Notes: a model not told the origin generated them from the sequence alone. A DNA stretch of 20,000 bases from an uncultured virus (IMG/VR IMGVR_UViG_3300030107_003727) (IMGVR_UViG_3300030107_003727); one strand, 5' to 3'. Shown: positions 9,577 to 17,348, counted from the stretch's first letter. Translations and numbers: made by a program.

Positions 9577-9806
9577 CCACAGGCGAGATCGCAAACCTTT
9601 GCGGGATGTCGCAGCAAACCATCATCCGACAGATTGACAAGGGATACCTTGAGGGTTTCCGCATTCCCGGATCAACACACCGGCGTGTAAGCCTGACCAA
9701 CCTGCGCAACTGGATGGAGCAAACTGGAATAGATCAAGGAGATTTGGATGACTTCATCGGGGTGGAACCGGGTCAACAGAACCAACAAGTGTCCGATTTG
9801 CGGTAA
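9537..9806 (+). CDS. Excisionase/MerR-like helix-turn-helix (HTH_17-like) DNA-binding protein
   Basis: FLTTGEIANLCGMSQQTIIRQIDKGYLEGFRIPGSTHRRV. Confidence 0.85.
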   Translation: MGSTGKTERNRFLTTGEIANLCGMSQQTIIRQIDKGYLEGFRIPGSTHRRVSLTNLRNWMEQTGIDQGDLDDFIGVEPGQQNQQVSDLR

Positions 9807-10569
9807 GCCTGATTGGTGTTTGATATCTGAGGATGGGTTGGCGGTAATTTGCCCGCGCACACCATCTGACAAACGTGTGGGTGATGCAGGGTGGCTACAC
9901 AAGCCTTCTGAGTTATTGCATACCCCTGCCGTGAGTGTTGCGCCACTCGAAGTGCCAGATTTTGCACCACCAGAGTGGGCAGAAAGGGTTGAGATGTGTC
10001 ACAAAGAAATGCAGGCGTACCAATGGGATTTTCTGAAAGCCAACACGGGTTGCAGTGTTGAGTCATTGCATCGCATAAGAGCAGGATGGTCGCAGGCTAA
10101 GGGCGCGTACACGTTCCCCATGCGTAACGGCAAAGGGCAAGTGTGTGGCGTGCGATTGCGCTACCCCAACGGAAAAAAATCTTCTGTCAAAGGTTCTCGC
10201 AACGGGTTGTTTTTTGACCCGGACACTGAGATGCCAAGGGCGGGCAGGGTGTATGTGTGCGAAGGCCCAACCGACACAGCAGCCATGCTGTCCATAGGTC
10301 TTATGGCTGTTGGCCGTCCGTCATGCAACACCGGCAGCAAATTTCTTTGTGATCTGATCCCGTTTGCCAACGAGTGCGTGGTTGTGGCTGACAAGGACAG
10401 GCCCGGTAGAGATGGTGCAAAACTTGTTGCAACACAACTAGCAAAAGCCAAACGATCCGCTAAGGTTATTGAGCCGAAAGACGGCGGTGATGCAAATGAA
10501 TGGGTCCAGCGCGGAGCCACCAAAGCAGTCGTCGAAGTTATTGCAGAGCAAGCAAAGGAGATCCGATGA
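9748..10569 (+). CDS. Primase-like protein (N-terminal Zn finger plus TOPRIM)
   Basis: CPICGKPDWC...VICPR zinc-binding region, TOPRIM motifs VYVCEGPTDTAA and VVADKD, and C-terminal DANEW. Confidence 0.82.
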   Translation: MTSSGWNRVNRTNKCPICGKPDWCLISEDGLAVICPRTPSDKRVGDAGWLHKPSELLHTPAVSVAPLEVPDFAPPEWAERVEMCHKEMQAYQWDFLKANTGCSVESLHRIRAGWSQAKGAYTFPMRNGKGQVCGVRLRYPNGKKSSVKGSRNGLFFDPDTEMPRAGRVYVCEGPTDTAAMLSIGLMAVGRPSCNTGSKFLCDLIPFANECVVVADKDRPGRDGAKLVATQLAKAKRSAKVIEPKDGGDANEWVQRGATKAVVEVIAEQAKEIR

Positions 10570-10742
10570 AGTCCGCAGCCGAAAAGTTGCACCAAACCCT
10601 CAAGCAAACAACCACAAATTTTGCGGTTGAATTTGACATGACTGTCTACGAGGTGCTTGGTGTTATCAAATTGCTTTTGCTTGAGTTGTGGTACGAGCAT
10701 GACCAAGAGGGTGCTGGAGAGGAATTTGACGACGATGAGTAG
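10566..10742 (+). CDS. Hypothetical protein (58 aa, acidic tail)
   Basis: ATGA overlap with the primase stop (MKSAAEKLHQ...). Its stop overlaps the next start. Confidence 0.7.
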   Translation: MKSAAEKLHQTLKQTTTNFAVEFDMTVYEVLGVIKLLLLELWYEHDQEGAGEEFDDDE

Positions 10743-11169
10743 GCCCATGTACGAGCAAGCCATGGACTTGGCGCGCGAACACGAGATGATGTCACATGTA
10801 AGTGCAAAGTGGGGCGTGCAGTATTACAAACTGCCAATCTCATATCGCATGGATTTCATTCTGATGAGTGCTGAAAAGCCAAAGGCTTTTGCTGAGTGCA
10901 AGCACCGCAACTTCAAGTGGGGCCAATACCCCGATGTGATGATTAGTCTGAGCAAAGTGCAGGCTGCGGATTCGTTGCTGACTACCACCGGCCTAAAGAC
11001 AATGTTGATAGTGCGCGCCATTGACACCATCTATTACGTCTGCTTGAACGAGTGCGTGGAAAATTACAGTTGGTTGCAGTTCGGCGGGCGTACCGTGAAC
11101 ACTCGTGACGACGGTGATGTTGAACCTGTTTACCACATACCGATTGAAAGATTCGGCTGCATCGCATAG
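10735..11169 (+). CDS. Putative PD-(D/E)xK endonuclease
   Basis: YRMDFILM...AFAECKHR (D...ExK). Start at ATG 10735 (MSRPMYE) is coupled to the previous stop. Confidence 0.65.
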   Translation: MSRPMYEQAMDLAREHEMMSHVSAKWGVQYYKLPISYRMDFILMSAEKPKAFAECKHRNFKWGQYPDVMISLSKVQAADSLLTTTGLKTMLIVRAIDTIYYVCLNECVENYSWLQFGGRTVNTRDDGDVEPVYHIPIERFGCIA

Positions 11170-11181
11170 CATCGTATAGGT

Positions 11182-11562
11182 ATGGGTAAGTCTCAGCGCG
11201 ACAAAGGCAAGCGGGGAGAACGAGAGGTCGTTGGGATTTTGCGTGGGCTAGGTTTTCCGTCCGCAAGGCGCGCGCGGCAAAGCGACGGCGCAATAGATCC
11301 CGACGTAGCAGGATGCCCAGAGTTATGGGTAGAAGTGAAGCGGCGCAAAAGTATTGCGGCCATGCGCTTCATGGATCAAGCGGTGCAAGATGCAAAAGAC
11401 GGAACAATCCCCGTAGTCTTCATGCGAGAAGACCACGGGGATTGGGTCGTAGCGTTCAGGGTTGAAGATTTTCCCCGCGCCGTTCGGGAGTTCTGGTACA
11501 GATCCTCCGAACCGACGACGGATCCCACGCCTTCCCACGCGGAGCAAAACCATTCCGGTTGA
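11182..11562 (+). CDS. Hjc-like Holliday junction resolvase (PD-(D/E)xK)
   Basis: MGKSQRDKGKRGEREV, DPDV and WVEVKRR motifs. Confidence 0.8.
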   Translation: MGKSQRDKGKRGEREVVGILRGLGFPSARRARQSDGAIDPDVAGCPELWVEVKRRKSIAAMRFMDQAVQDAKDGTIPVVFMREDHGDWVVAFRVEDFPRAVREFWYRSSEPTTDPTPSHAEQNHSG

Positions 11563-12151
11563 GCAAGTCGCAGATGGATCGCCAGCCGTATCCGGCCTCG
11601 CGCCATTCAAGCATCTTGTCGATTGCCTGCTGCTCTGATTGATTGAGTTGAAGACGAGAAGGGTCTGCATCGCATAGCATCCAACCGTAAGGTGGATGCC
11701 GCGACATGCGCCTGCCTTCGGACTGGTAGCGTCGCATAGCAACGCTTGTCCGCACCTGCACAAGCCTGCGCTCGTACTCGGCTGCTGCGGATAACACTTG
11801 GCGAATGAGCCTGCCTTCTGCCGTATCATCTTGCACACCTTCTCTTGCCGCTTGGATCTTGAACCCATGCTTCTCAGCATGACGGTGCAAAGCCTCGGCC
11901 AGATACAGGTCACGCGCAAGACGGTCCATTTTCCAGACCAGCATCACGCCACCCTTTGGCGTTTGCTCCATAGCATCCCACAAGCCGGGCCGTTCAGGAT
12001 CAGCACCACTCTTGTGTTCGTCACCATGCTTGCCAAGTACGCGCCAGCCGTTTGCTTTTGCAAACTGCTCACACTCTTGGTACTGGGTTTCGATTGACCC
12101 GCTCTCCCCCGGTCTGGGGGAGTAGCGGGCGTAAATGACACACTCAATCAT
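11456..12151 (-). CDS. Serine recombinase (resolvase catalytic domain plus short recombinase-type DNA-binding domain), 231 aa
   Basis: VIYARYS (catalytic Ser), SG...RPGL, VWKMDRLAR, AEYER, PPYGW, ICDLLNRNG...W...SVRRI. Start at ATG 12151 overlaps the sirtuin stop. Confidence 0.9.
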   Translation of the reverse strand: MIECVIYARYSPRPGESGSIETQYQECEQFAKANGWRVLGKHGDEHKSGADPERPGLWDAMEQTPKGGVMLVWKMDRLARDLYLAEALHRHAEKHGFKIQAAREGVQDDTAEGRLIRQVLSAAAEYERRLVQVRTSVAMRRYQSEGRRMSRHPPYGWMLCDADPSRLQLNQSEQQAIDKMLEWREAGYGWRSICDLLNRNGFAPRGKAWDPSSVRRICTRTPERRGENLQP

Positions 12152-12800
12152 CGGGGAACAACAGCGGCATGACTTCCTCAGCCGTCCCTTGTATGTGCAA
12201 ACCTTTTGCCTTCTCAACCTTGACTGGGTTGATGAAGATGGCCGAGTCGTCCTTGGCAATGTCTTGCCATAGTTCAGCAGCGGGCTGCACCTCAAGCGAT
12301 GTGCCGATTGCAACAAGCAAGTCGGCATTCTTCATAAGATCGTGTGCCTCCATCAGTTCCGTGATTGGCAAACACTCGCCGAACAACACTACGTCTGGCC
12401 GCATGATGTGGAGTTCAGGATCGTACCTGTCCTTCATCACCTCGCCGTGCAAATGGATGGCTGGCTTGCCAGCACGTTCTGACAGGTCGTCAACATTTTG
12501 CGTAATGTGGTGTTTGATTCTGTCACACTTTGCAATAGCAAAGTGTGCGGCGTTGGGTTCCTTGCGCTGTAGTTGCTCACGCCATGTGGCGTACATTTTG
12601 ACGAAGTCATCGGTGTGGTTGACCAGACCGTGGCGGCTGCCATAAATCTTGGGGTCATGGGTTTGCCAAAGCGGGTCGTTTGCATCGCGGTATGTAGGCA
12701 CACCGCTCGCCTTGCTCAGTCCCGAGCCGGAGAACACAACAATGTTCTCTGCCTCGATAATCATTTCGTTAGCCGCAGACATATCTAGCAATGATGTCAT
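12144..12800 (-). CDS. cobB: Sir2/CobB-family NAD-dependent protein deacylase lacking the Cys4 Zn module
   Basis: SGSGLSKASGVPTYRD, PNAAH, ITQNVDDL, HLHG, RPDVVLFGE, IGTSLEVQPAA, INP. Confidence 0.9.
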   Translation of the reverse strand: MTSLLDMSAANEMIIEAENIVVFSGSGLSKASGVPTYRDANDPLWQTHDPKIYGSRHGLVNHTDDFVKMYATWREQLQRKEPNAAHFAIAKCDRIKHHITQNVDDLSERAGKPAIHLHGEVMKDRYDPELHIMRPDVVLFGECLPITELMEAHDLMKNADLLVAIGTSLEVQPAAELWQDIAKDDSAIFINPVKVEKAKGLHIQGTAEEVMPLLFPDD

Positions 12801-12801
12801 G

Positions 12802-13215
12802 TCAGTTTTCCTTTTGATAGAAAAAGAATTCGATTTCAGGGTCAGGACGTAGCGTCGGTGGGATTTGCTCCAACACTTCGTCTGGAATGTCAGTGTCGTA
12901 CCCGTCGATGTCGGTCGGGCCAGTGAGCAAAATGTTGCCGATCAGTGGTGCGTTGTAGCCAATGTGGCCAGACAACCAGATGCTCCAGATGTTGACAACA
13001 GAGTTGTCCTTGAGCAAACCCTCGTCGTCAACGTATACGCTCAGGCCAGACTTACCAGCCGGTGCATTTTGGTTGACCGGAACGACAGTGAACACGTCAC
13101 ACCCAAGCAAATCGTAGATGTCTTGGATGTTGTTCTTGCGAATTGACACGACTTGTCGTGTCCCATTGGTGTGCAAAAGCACAGCCTTGGTGGTGTCATC
13201 ATTCTGTTTCGTCAT
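12802..13215 (-). CDS. DUF3846-like phage protein
   Basis: VYVDDEGLLK...N...PLIGNILLTG pattern. Start set at ATG 13215 (MTKQND); 13230 is possible. Confidence 0.7.
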   Translation of the reverse strand: MTKQNDDTTKAVLLHTNGTRQVVSIRKNNIQDIYDLLGCDVFTVVPVNQNAPAGKSGLSVYVDDEGLLKDNSVVNIWSIWLSGHIGYNAPLIGNILLTGPTDIDGYDTDIPDEVLEQIPPTLRPDPEIEFFFYQKEN

Positions 13216-13543
13216 CGTATAGATCCCCATAGTTGACGTTCCATGCTTTGCAAAGTCGGCGCACCATGCGCTCGATTCGCTCAAGCGATTCTGTCTTTTC
13301 TTGTTTCTTCTCTTGCATAGCAAGAGTCGTCCGGCAAGCAGGTCTGGCACGGTATTCAATGCCTCGTCGTTTGCATGCCCTCCGGGTGGTGCTTGGACTT
13401 ACGTCCAAGTTCAACGCATCGCCACATTGTTTCGCAAGAGTCACATGGTGTGGGCGCTCCTCAAGGATTCGTTTGCGCTGCGATTCAATCCACTCGTTGA
13501 TGCGATCTAAGTCGTCATCGGTTTGTTTGCGTCGGGTACTCAT
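13199..13543 (-). CDS. Hypothetical basic protein, possible HTH
   Basis: LAKQCGDALNLDVSPSTTRRACKRRGI resembles a winged HTH. Its start is coupled via TAATG to an upstream small ORF. Confidence 0.65.
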   Translation of the reverse strand: MSTRRKQTDDDLDRINEWIESQRKRILEERPHHVTLAKQCGDALNLDVSPSTTRRACKRRGIEYRARPACRTTLAMQEKKQEKTESLERIERMVRRLCKAWNVNYGDLYDDETE

Positions 13544-13662
13544 TAGCGGTCCTCGTGTCTTTCCACCGTGTCACCGTACACACGGTCGTATCCGTTGATA
13601 TCAAAGATCGTGAGTACGGCTTTCGCCGTACCCACGATCACCTTGAACACAGTCTGTATCAC
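13543..13662 (-). CDS. 39 aa micro-ORF (MIQTVFKVIVGTAKAVLTIFDINGYDRVYGDTVERHEDR), not in the ORF track
   Basis: Fills the gap exactly, with a GTGA overlap at its start and a TAATG overlap at its end. Confidence 0.6.
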   Translation of the reverse strand: MIQTVFKVIVGTAKAVLTIFDINGYDRVYGDTVERHEDR

Positions 13663-14147
13663 TCGGTGGCCTCCGAGTCGTCATCCCCAGACCATGTGTC
13701 CGCCACACTGTTGTGGAGTTCGTGCAGTGCGATTACACGTTTGCGGTACTCATGCTGATTCCGCTCTCCCAGTGAGACAAGTATCTTTTCGCACAAGTCA
13801 ACCATCTGTTGATTCTGCGCTGCAAACTTGTTTGCACCGTTGGCAATTTTGTCGTAGTCAAGTTGTTCACCCGCCGCCGCCATCCGTGCAAAATCTGCAA
13901 GTTGCTCGGCCAGTTCCCCGAGGTTCTTGAACCTTGAGCCGTACGCCTTGATGATGGACGAGAGCATAAGACCACGCTGGTCGTTGCCCTCTTTTAGTTT
14001 GCAAGCAAACTTGAACATCATCTCTGTCTCTGCGTCTGCCGGTATTGGCAGGTGTCCAAACAATGTCATTGTGCCAATGACATCTTTCCAATCGCCCGGA
14101 TCACCGGACGATTCCAATTCGGGGAATGGTGTGTTTTCCATGCTCAT
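13659..14147 (-). CDS. Hypothetical protein
   Basis: 162 aa ORF with an ATGA overlap with the upstream gene and GAGG upstream. Confidence 0.75.
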   Translation of the reverse strand: MSMENTPFPELESSGDPGDWKDVIGTMTLFGHLPIPADAETEMMFKFACKLKEGNDQRGLMLSSIIKAYGSRFKNLGELAEQLADFARMAAAGEQLDYDKIANGANKFAAQNQQMVDLCEKILVSLGERNQHEYRKRVIALHELHNSVADTWSGDDDSEATE

Positions 14148-14620
14148 GCTTGCACCTCTTCGGTTTGTGGGTTTGCGGCGTTGGGAGTCTCTTCGTCGGA
14201 GACGGGAGGCAGCGAATCGACAAGGTCGTCGAGCCTGCCGTACAGGACGTTCAGTCCTTCACAAAGTGATTGGATATCGTCTCGAAGCACTCGTGCTTCT
14301 TGCCAGTCAACGTCAATGCTTTCGCAGGTATTCTCGGCGTTGTCAATGTAGTGGTGTGCATCACTGATGGATGCGTCACCAATCTCGCGGATCTCGGATG
14401 CCAAGTCCTTGACTTCAGAGTCTACGCGGTCCATGTTGTCCGCCACAGTGTCGGCATCGCTGTCGAGGGACTCGACTTCACGAAGCAGGTCGCCAAGGTA
14501 GTCACGGATAGCAAGGACACGACCCGAAATTCCCGGGGCCATGTCACCGGTAGGGATGCCAGCCTCCTTGGAGGCAGCGGCGAGAATGGTGTTGAGTTGG
14601 GTGATGAGTTCAGTGTTCAT
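14144..14620 (-). CDS. Hypothetical acidic coiled-coil protein
   Basis: Heptad-like acidic helix. Start at ATG 14620 (MNTELITQ), just downstream of hairpin A. Confidence 0.75.
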   Translation of the reverse strand: MNTELITQLNTILAAASKEAGIPTGDMAPGISGRVLAIRDYLGDLLREVESLDSDADTVADNMDRVDSEVKDLASEIREIGDASISDAHHYIDNAENTCESIDVDWQEARVLRDDIQSLCEGLNVLYGRLDDLVDSLPPVSDEETPNAANPQTEEVQA

Positions 14621-14633
14621 AGTGGTTTCCAAT

Positions 14634-14687
14634 CTCCCCCGAATCTCTGGGGGTTCATTTCATTACCCCCCCAGATATTCAGGGGAG
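14634..14687. repeat. Intergenic hairpin repeat, copy A (divergent centre)
   Basis: CTCCCC-C-GAAT-C-TCTGGGGG...CCCCCAGA-T-ATTC-A-GGGGAG. Arms are closely similar to copy E, but the centre is TTCATTTCATTAC. Confidence 0.75.
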
Positions 14688-14714
14688 TGTAAGGTGTGGT
14701 TCAACCGTCGTCAA

Positions 14715-15644
14715 TCAGGAACGAACAAGTCCCTTGTTCACAATGGACAAGTAGGCTTCGGTGAGGTCTTGCATGTCCTCGACCGGGGTGAGCATCAGGT
14801 CGTAGCGATCACCGTGGATCTTTTCGTACGCCGCTGAACGCTTGGCTGGTGTGCAAAGCCCTTGCCCCGAGTCCATCTTGAACTTGGCTAAGCCTCGTGG
14901 CATTGGTTGACACCATGACTCGAAGCAAAGCATTCGATAGAACGCTGGGTGACCAAGTGCCATCAACGCTTGCGGATCGACTCGTCGATCAGCAGGCTTG
15001 ACGCAGATGCCTTGTCCAACGGATCGTGTTCCGGAGCCGGTGCAAAATTGGCCACCGTCACCGGTCTGTCCGACCACTGCCTCGATGCGAACGGGGTAGC
15101 CATCGTTCTGTAGTTGCTCCGCAAGAGCAGTGGCTCGGCCCCAACACTCGGCAAACTTTTTACCGTCCGTGGTGCAAACAGCAGAGATGCCAACGCCAAG
15201 CGTCACCAGTGGGTGGAAGGCTTGGTTCTGTTTGCGCCGCCAGTGGTACTCCGTGCCGCTGAGGTAGCGGTCGATCATCGGTGACCCACCACCTGCCGCA
15301 ACGGAGTTGCGTTTCCGTTTTGCATACGTCTTGGTGCGGTTGCCGGTCTTGCCGAGCAAGACCTTAGCGGCCTCCTGCCGCGCCTTGTCGTACCAGTCAC
15401 GAGTGTTTGCATCGGAGCAAACGCCGCATTCAATGTCCGACATGGCATCGGCAAACCGGACACCTCCGGTGTGGAAGCGGTCGCTGAAGTTGGGGTTGCC
15501 CTTCAGGGCATCGGCCCAAACACCGTGGTTGTTGTCTGTGTCAATCGAGAGCGTTCGCTCCTTAGTGACCTTTTGCACGAAGTCATCGACAGAGTCGAAG
15601 TATTCGAGCATGGTGTTTTCGTCGTGCTTTGCTGTGAATTGCAT
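14715..15644 (-). CDS. Putative vWA-like partner of the AAA ATPase (degenerate MIDAS)
   Basis: Directly downstream of a MoxR/CobS-like ATPase. VTLGVGISAVC strand, helix, PVRIEAV strand and GHPAFYRML fit a vWA-like fold, but there is no intact DxSxS. Confidence 0.5.
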   Translation of the reverse strand: MQFTAKHDENTMLEYFDSVDDFVQKVTKERTLSIDTDNNHGVWADALKGNPNFSDRFHTGGVRFADAMSDIECGVCSDANTRDWYDKARQEAAKVLLGKTGNRTKTYAKRKRNSVAAGGGSPMIDRYLSGTEYHWRRKQNQAFHPLVTLGVGISAVCTTDGKKFAECWGRATALAEQLQNDGYPVRIEAVVGQTGDGGQFCTGSGTRSVGQGICVKPADRRVDPQALMALGHPAFYRMLCFESWCQPMPRGLAKFKMDSGQGLCTPAKRSAAYEKIHGDRYDLMLTPVEDMQDLTEAYLSIVNKGLVRS

Positions 15645-15656
15645 GGTGCAAACTCC
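15642..15656 (-). promoter_or_regulatory. Start-associated motif GGAGTTTGCACCATG (copy 1)
   Basis: Exact 15-mer comprising the SD and start codon. Identical copies at 18188-18202 and 18996-19010. Confidence 0.85.
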
Positions 15657-15660
15657 TTAT

Positions 15661-15704
15661 CCCCTCACCTACTGGGGTCGTAGACTCCCCCAGTAGGAGA
15701 GGGG
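15661..15704. repeat. Intergenic hairpin repeat, copy B
   Basis: CCCCTC-A-CCTACTGGGG-TCGTAGACTC-CCCCAGTAGG-A-GAGGGG. Confidence 0.9.
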
Positions 15705-15726
15705 TTGGGTTAGTGGTTGGGTTGGA

Positions 15727-17004
15727 TCACCATGATCCAACCATTGACACGGCCATGTCCAAGTCCGTCTTGGAGAGGTGCTTCCACACCTTCTTGATCT
15801 CCGTAGGAGACCAAAGCCGACACATTCGTCCGACCGTCTCACCGATGGTGAGGCCAGCGGCTCGCCACTTCTCCCATCCCAGACATGTCCGAGTCTGGAT
15901 GGTGCGGGCTGACGAGACCCCTTCGTCTTTGATATTCTTCCTTGCTTTCGCAAGGAGGTCGTACTCGGTGGCAAACGTGCCAAGCAAGACACGCTCCATG
16001 TCCGGGTCGTAGTCAAAGTGAACCATGACACCGAGTTGCTCCCACCGAGCGACGAAGTCGGTTGACTGCCGCTCGGTGTCGTAGACACCTTCGCTGCCGC
16101 CGGGTCCATCCATCGCTGAGTTGCCAGTACCGATGAAGACGAAGTCTTCGTGACGGTGAACCTTGCGGTCCCCAACGTTTACGTTGTCGTCGAAGTTGAC
16201 GAATTGGTTTAGACATGCGGTGCAACCGCTGTCTGCCTTGTCCATCTCGTCAAGGACGAGAACGACTGGCTTGTCGTATGCCCCAGTCACGACCCCTTCC
16301 TTGAAGGTTCCGTCGAGGGTGGGGTTCCCGAGATACTTCTCGGGATAGTCGTTCTTGTTGCAGCCATGGTAAATGTCCTCTCGACCAAGGATTGCAGCGA
16401 CTTGCTTCGCAGCAAACGACTTGCCAGTCCCAGAGGGACCAGCGGCGTAGCACCGACCGAACATCAGAACGCAGGTCAGCATCTCTTCGAGTTGCTTGTG
16501 TGGGTTCTTGATCGTGCCATTGGCAACGGCTTGCTCGATCATCTCCTTTGCCCTAGCAAAGGGGTTGTCGGGGGATTGCTTCAGCAATTCCTGATTGGGT
16601 GGAGGAGGTGGCGTTGGAGCAGGCTGAGGCTGATCCTCTGCCCCAAGGGGCATGTCAAGCGGCTCGCCGCCGAACGATGAGACCAAACGTTCCAAGAACG
16701 TTGGGTCGCCGCCGACCATCTTGAGCCGGTAATGCCGACGTAAGTCGGAAGGATCCCATCCCCGATCCTTGCACTCTTCTTGCAGAAGAGCAGGCCAGTC
16801 ACCAGCAAACCGGTACGAAAGTACCGCTTTGACAGCGTCACCGCCGAACTGCTGAAGCCACATTGATGCACCTTCGTTGCCGTGCTGAAGCAAGAACCTT
16901 GCTTCTGGCATCCGAAGGTAGTTGTAAAGCGAGGACTTCGTCCCCGAACGATTGCAAGCCACCTTGATGCGGTCCCTTGCTTCGGTCAATTCTCGTCGGC
17001 TCAT
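15727..17004 (-). CDS. MoxR/CobS/CbbQ-like AAA+ ATPase with N-terminal extension
   Basis: Walker A GPSGTGKS, Walker B VLVLDEMD, HEDFVFIGTGN sensor and a Pro-rich linker. Start at ATG 17004 has AAGGAG 6 nt upstream. Confidence 0.85.
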   Translation of the reverse strand: MSRRELTEARDRIKVACNRSGTKSSLYNYLRMPEARFLLQHGNEGASMWLQQFGGDAVKAVLSYRFAGDWPALLQEECKDRGWDPSDLRRHYRLKMVGGDPTFLERLVSSFGGEPLDMPLGAEDQPQPAPTPPPPPNQELLKQSPDNPFARAKEMIEQAVANGTIKNPHKQLEEMLTCVLMFGRCYAAGPSGTGKSFAAKQVAAILGREDIYHGCNKNDYPEKYLGNPTLDGTFKEGVVTGAYDKPVVLVLDEMDKADSGCTACLNQFVNFDDNVNVGDRKVHRHEDFVFIGTGNSAMDGPGGSEGVYDTERQSTDFVARWEQLGVMVHFDYDPDMERVLLGTFATEYDLLAKARKNIKDEGVSSARTIQTRTCLGWEKWRAAGLTIGETVGRMCRLWSPTEIKKVWKHLSKTDLDMAVSMVGSW

Positions 17005-17077
17005 GGCCATCTCCTTGCTGCAAAGCAGCGCCAGTTTTACGGCAGCCAACGACCATCGCTGACTTGCCAGTTGCTTT

Positions 17078-17122
17078 CCCCTTTCTCTCAGGGGTCGTAA
17101 GACTCCCCCTGAGATAAAGGGG
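17078..17122. repeat. Intergenic hairpin repeat, copy C
   Basis: CCCCTTT-C-TCTCAGGGG-TCGTAAGACTC-CCCCTGAGA-T-AAAGGGG. Confidence 0.9.
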
Positions 17123-17123
17123 T

Positions 17124-17298
17124 ATTCGGTTCCTTGTGTCCCGCCGTTTGGGGCAGGGACTATTCATTCCCATGACCTGCCTACACTCGCAGCCGCATCC
17201 GGCTGATCCCTTGAGGTCCGGTGCATTCGCAGGCTTGTTCGTGCCATGTCTGGCGAGACTTGATCTCACCCCACACGGCAGGACACAAGAAACCGAAT
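17124..17298 (-). ncRNA. Candidate structured ncRNA (~175 nt rod-like fold)
   Basis: 30 nt terminal arms (17124-17153 and 17269-17298) are complementary at 27/30 positions. Two of the three deviations are G-U pairs on the minus strand. Further internal stems are present and there is no credible ORF. Confidence 0.55.
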
Positions 17299-17315
17299 TG
17301 TCGCCTCGCGGCAAA

Positions 17316-17348
17316 CCCACCACGCAAGGCAGAGCCTCACGCGGTGGG
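17316..17348 (-). terminator. Terminator-like or processing hairpin
   Basis: Minus strand CCCACCGCGTGAGGC-TCT-GCCTTGCGTGGTGGG (15 bp, 3 G-U) followed by TTT, 13 nt after the stop at 17361. Confidence 0.55.

Noticed and set aside
12152..12328. N-terminal extension of the recombinase ORF in the track
   Set aside because: Overlaps the sirtuin in another frame; the resolvase domain begins at ATG 12151.
12144..12800. Sirtuin as a SIR2 anti-phage NADase (Thoeris/DSR type)
   Set aside because: Motifs are those of CobB-type deacylases (RPDVVLFGE, GTSLxVxPAA) and no defence partner genes are adjacent.
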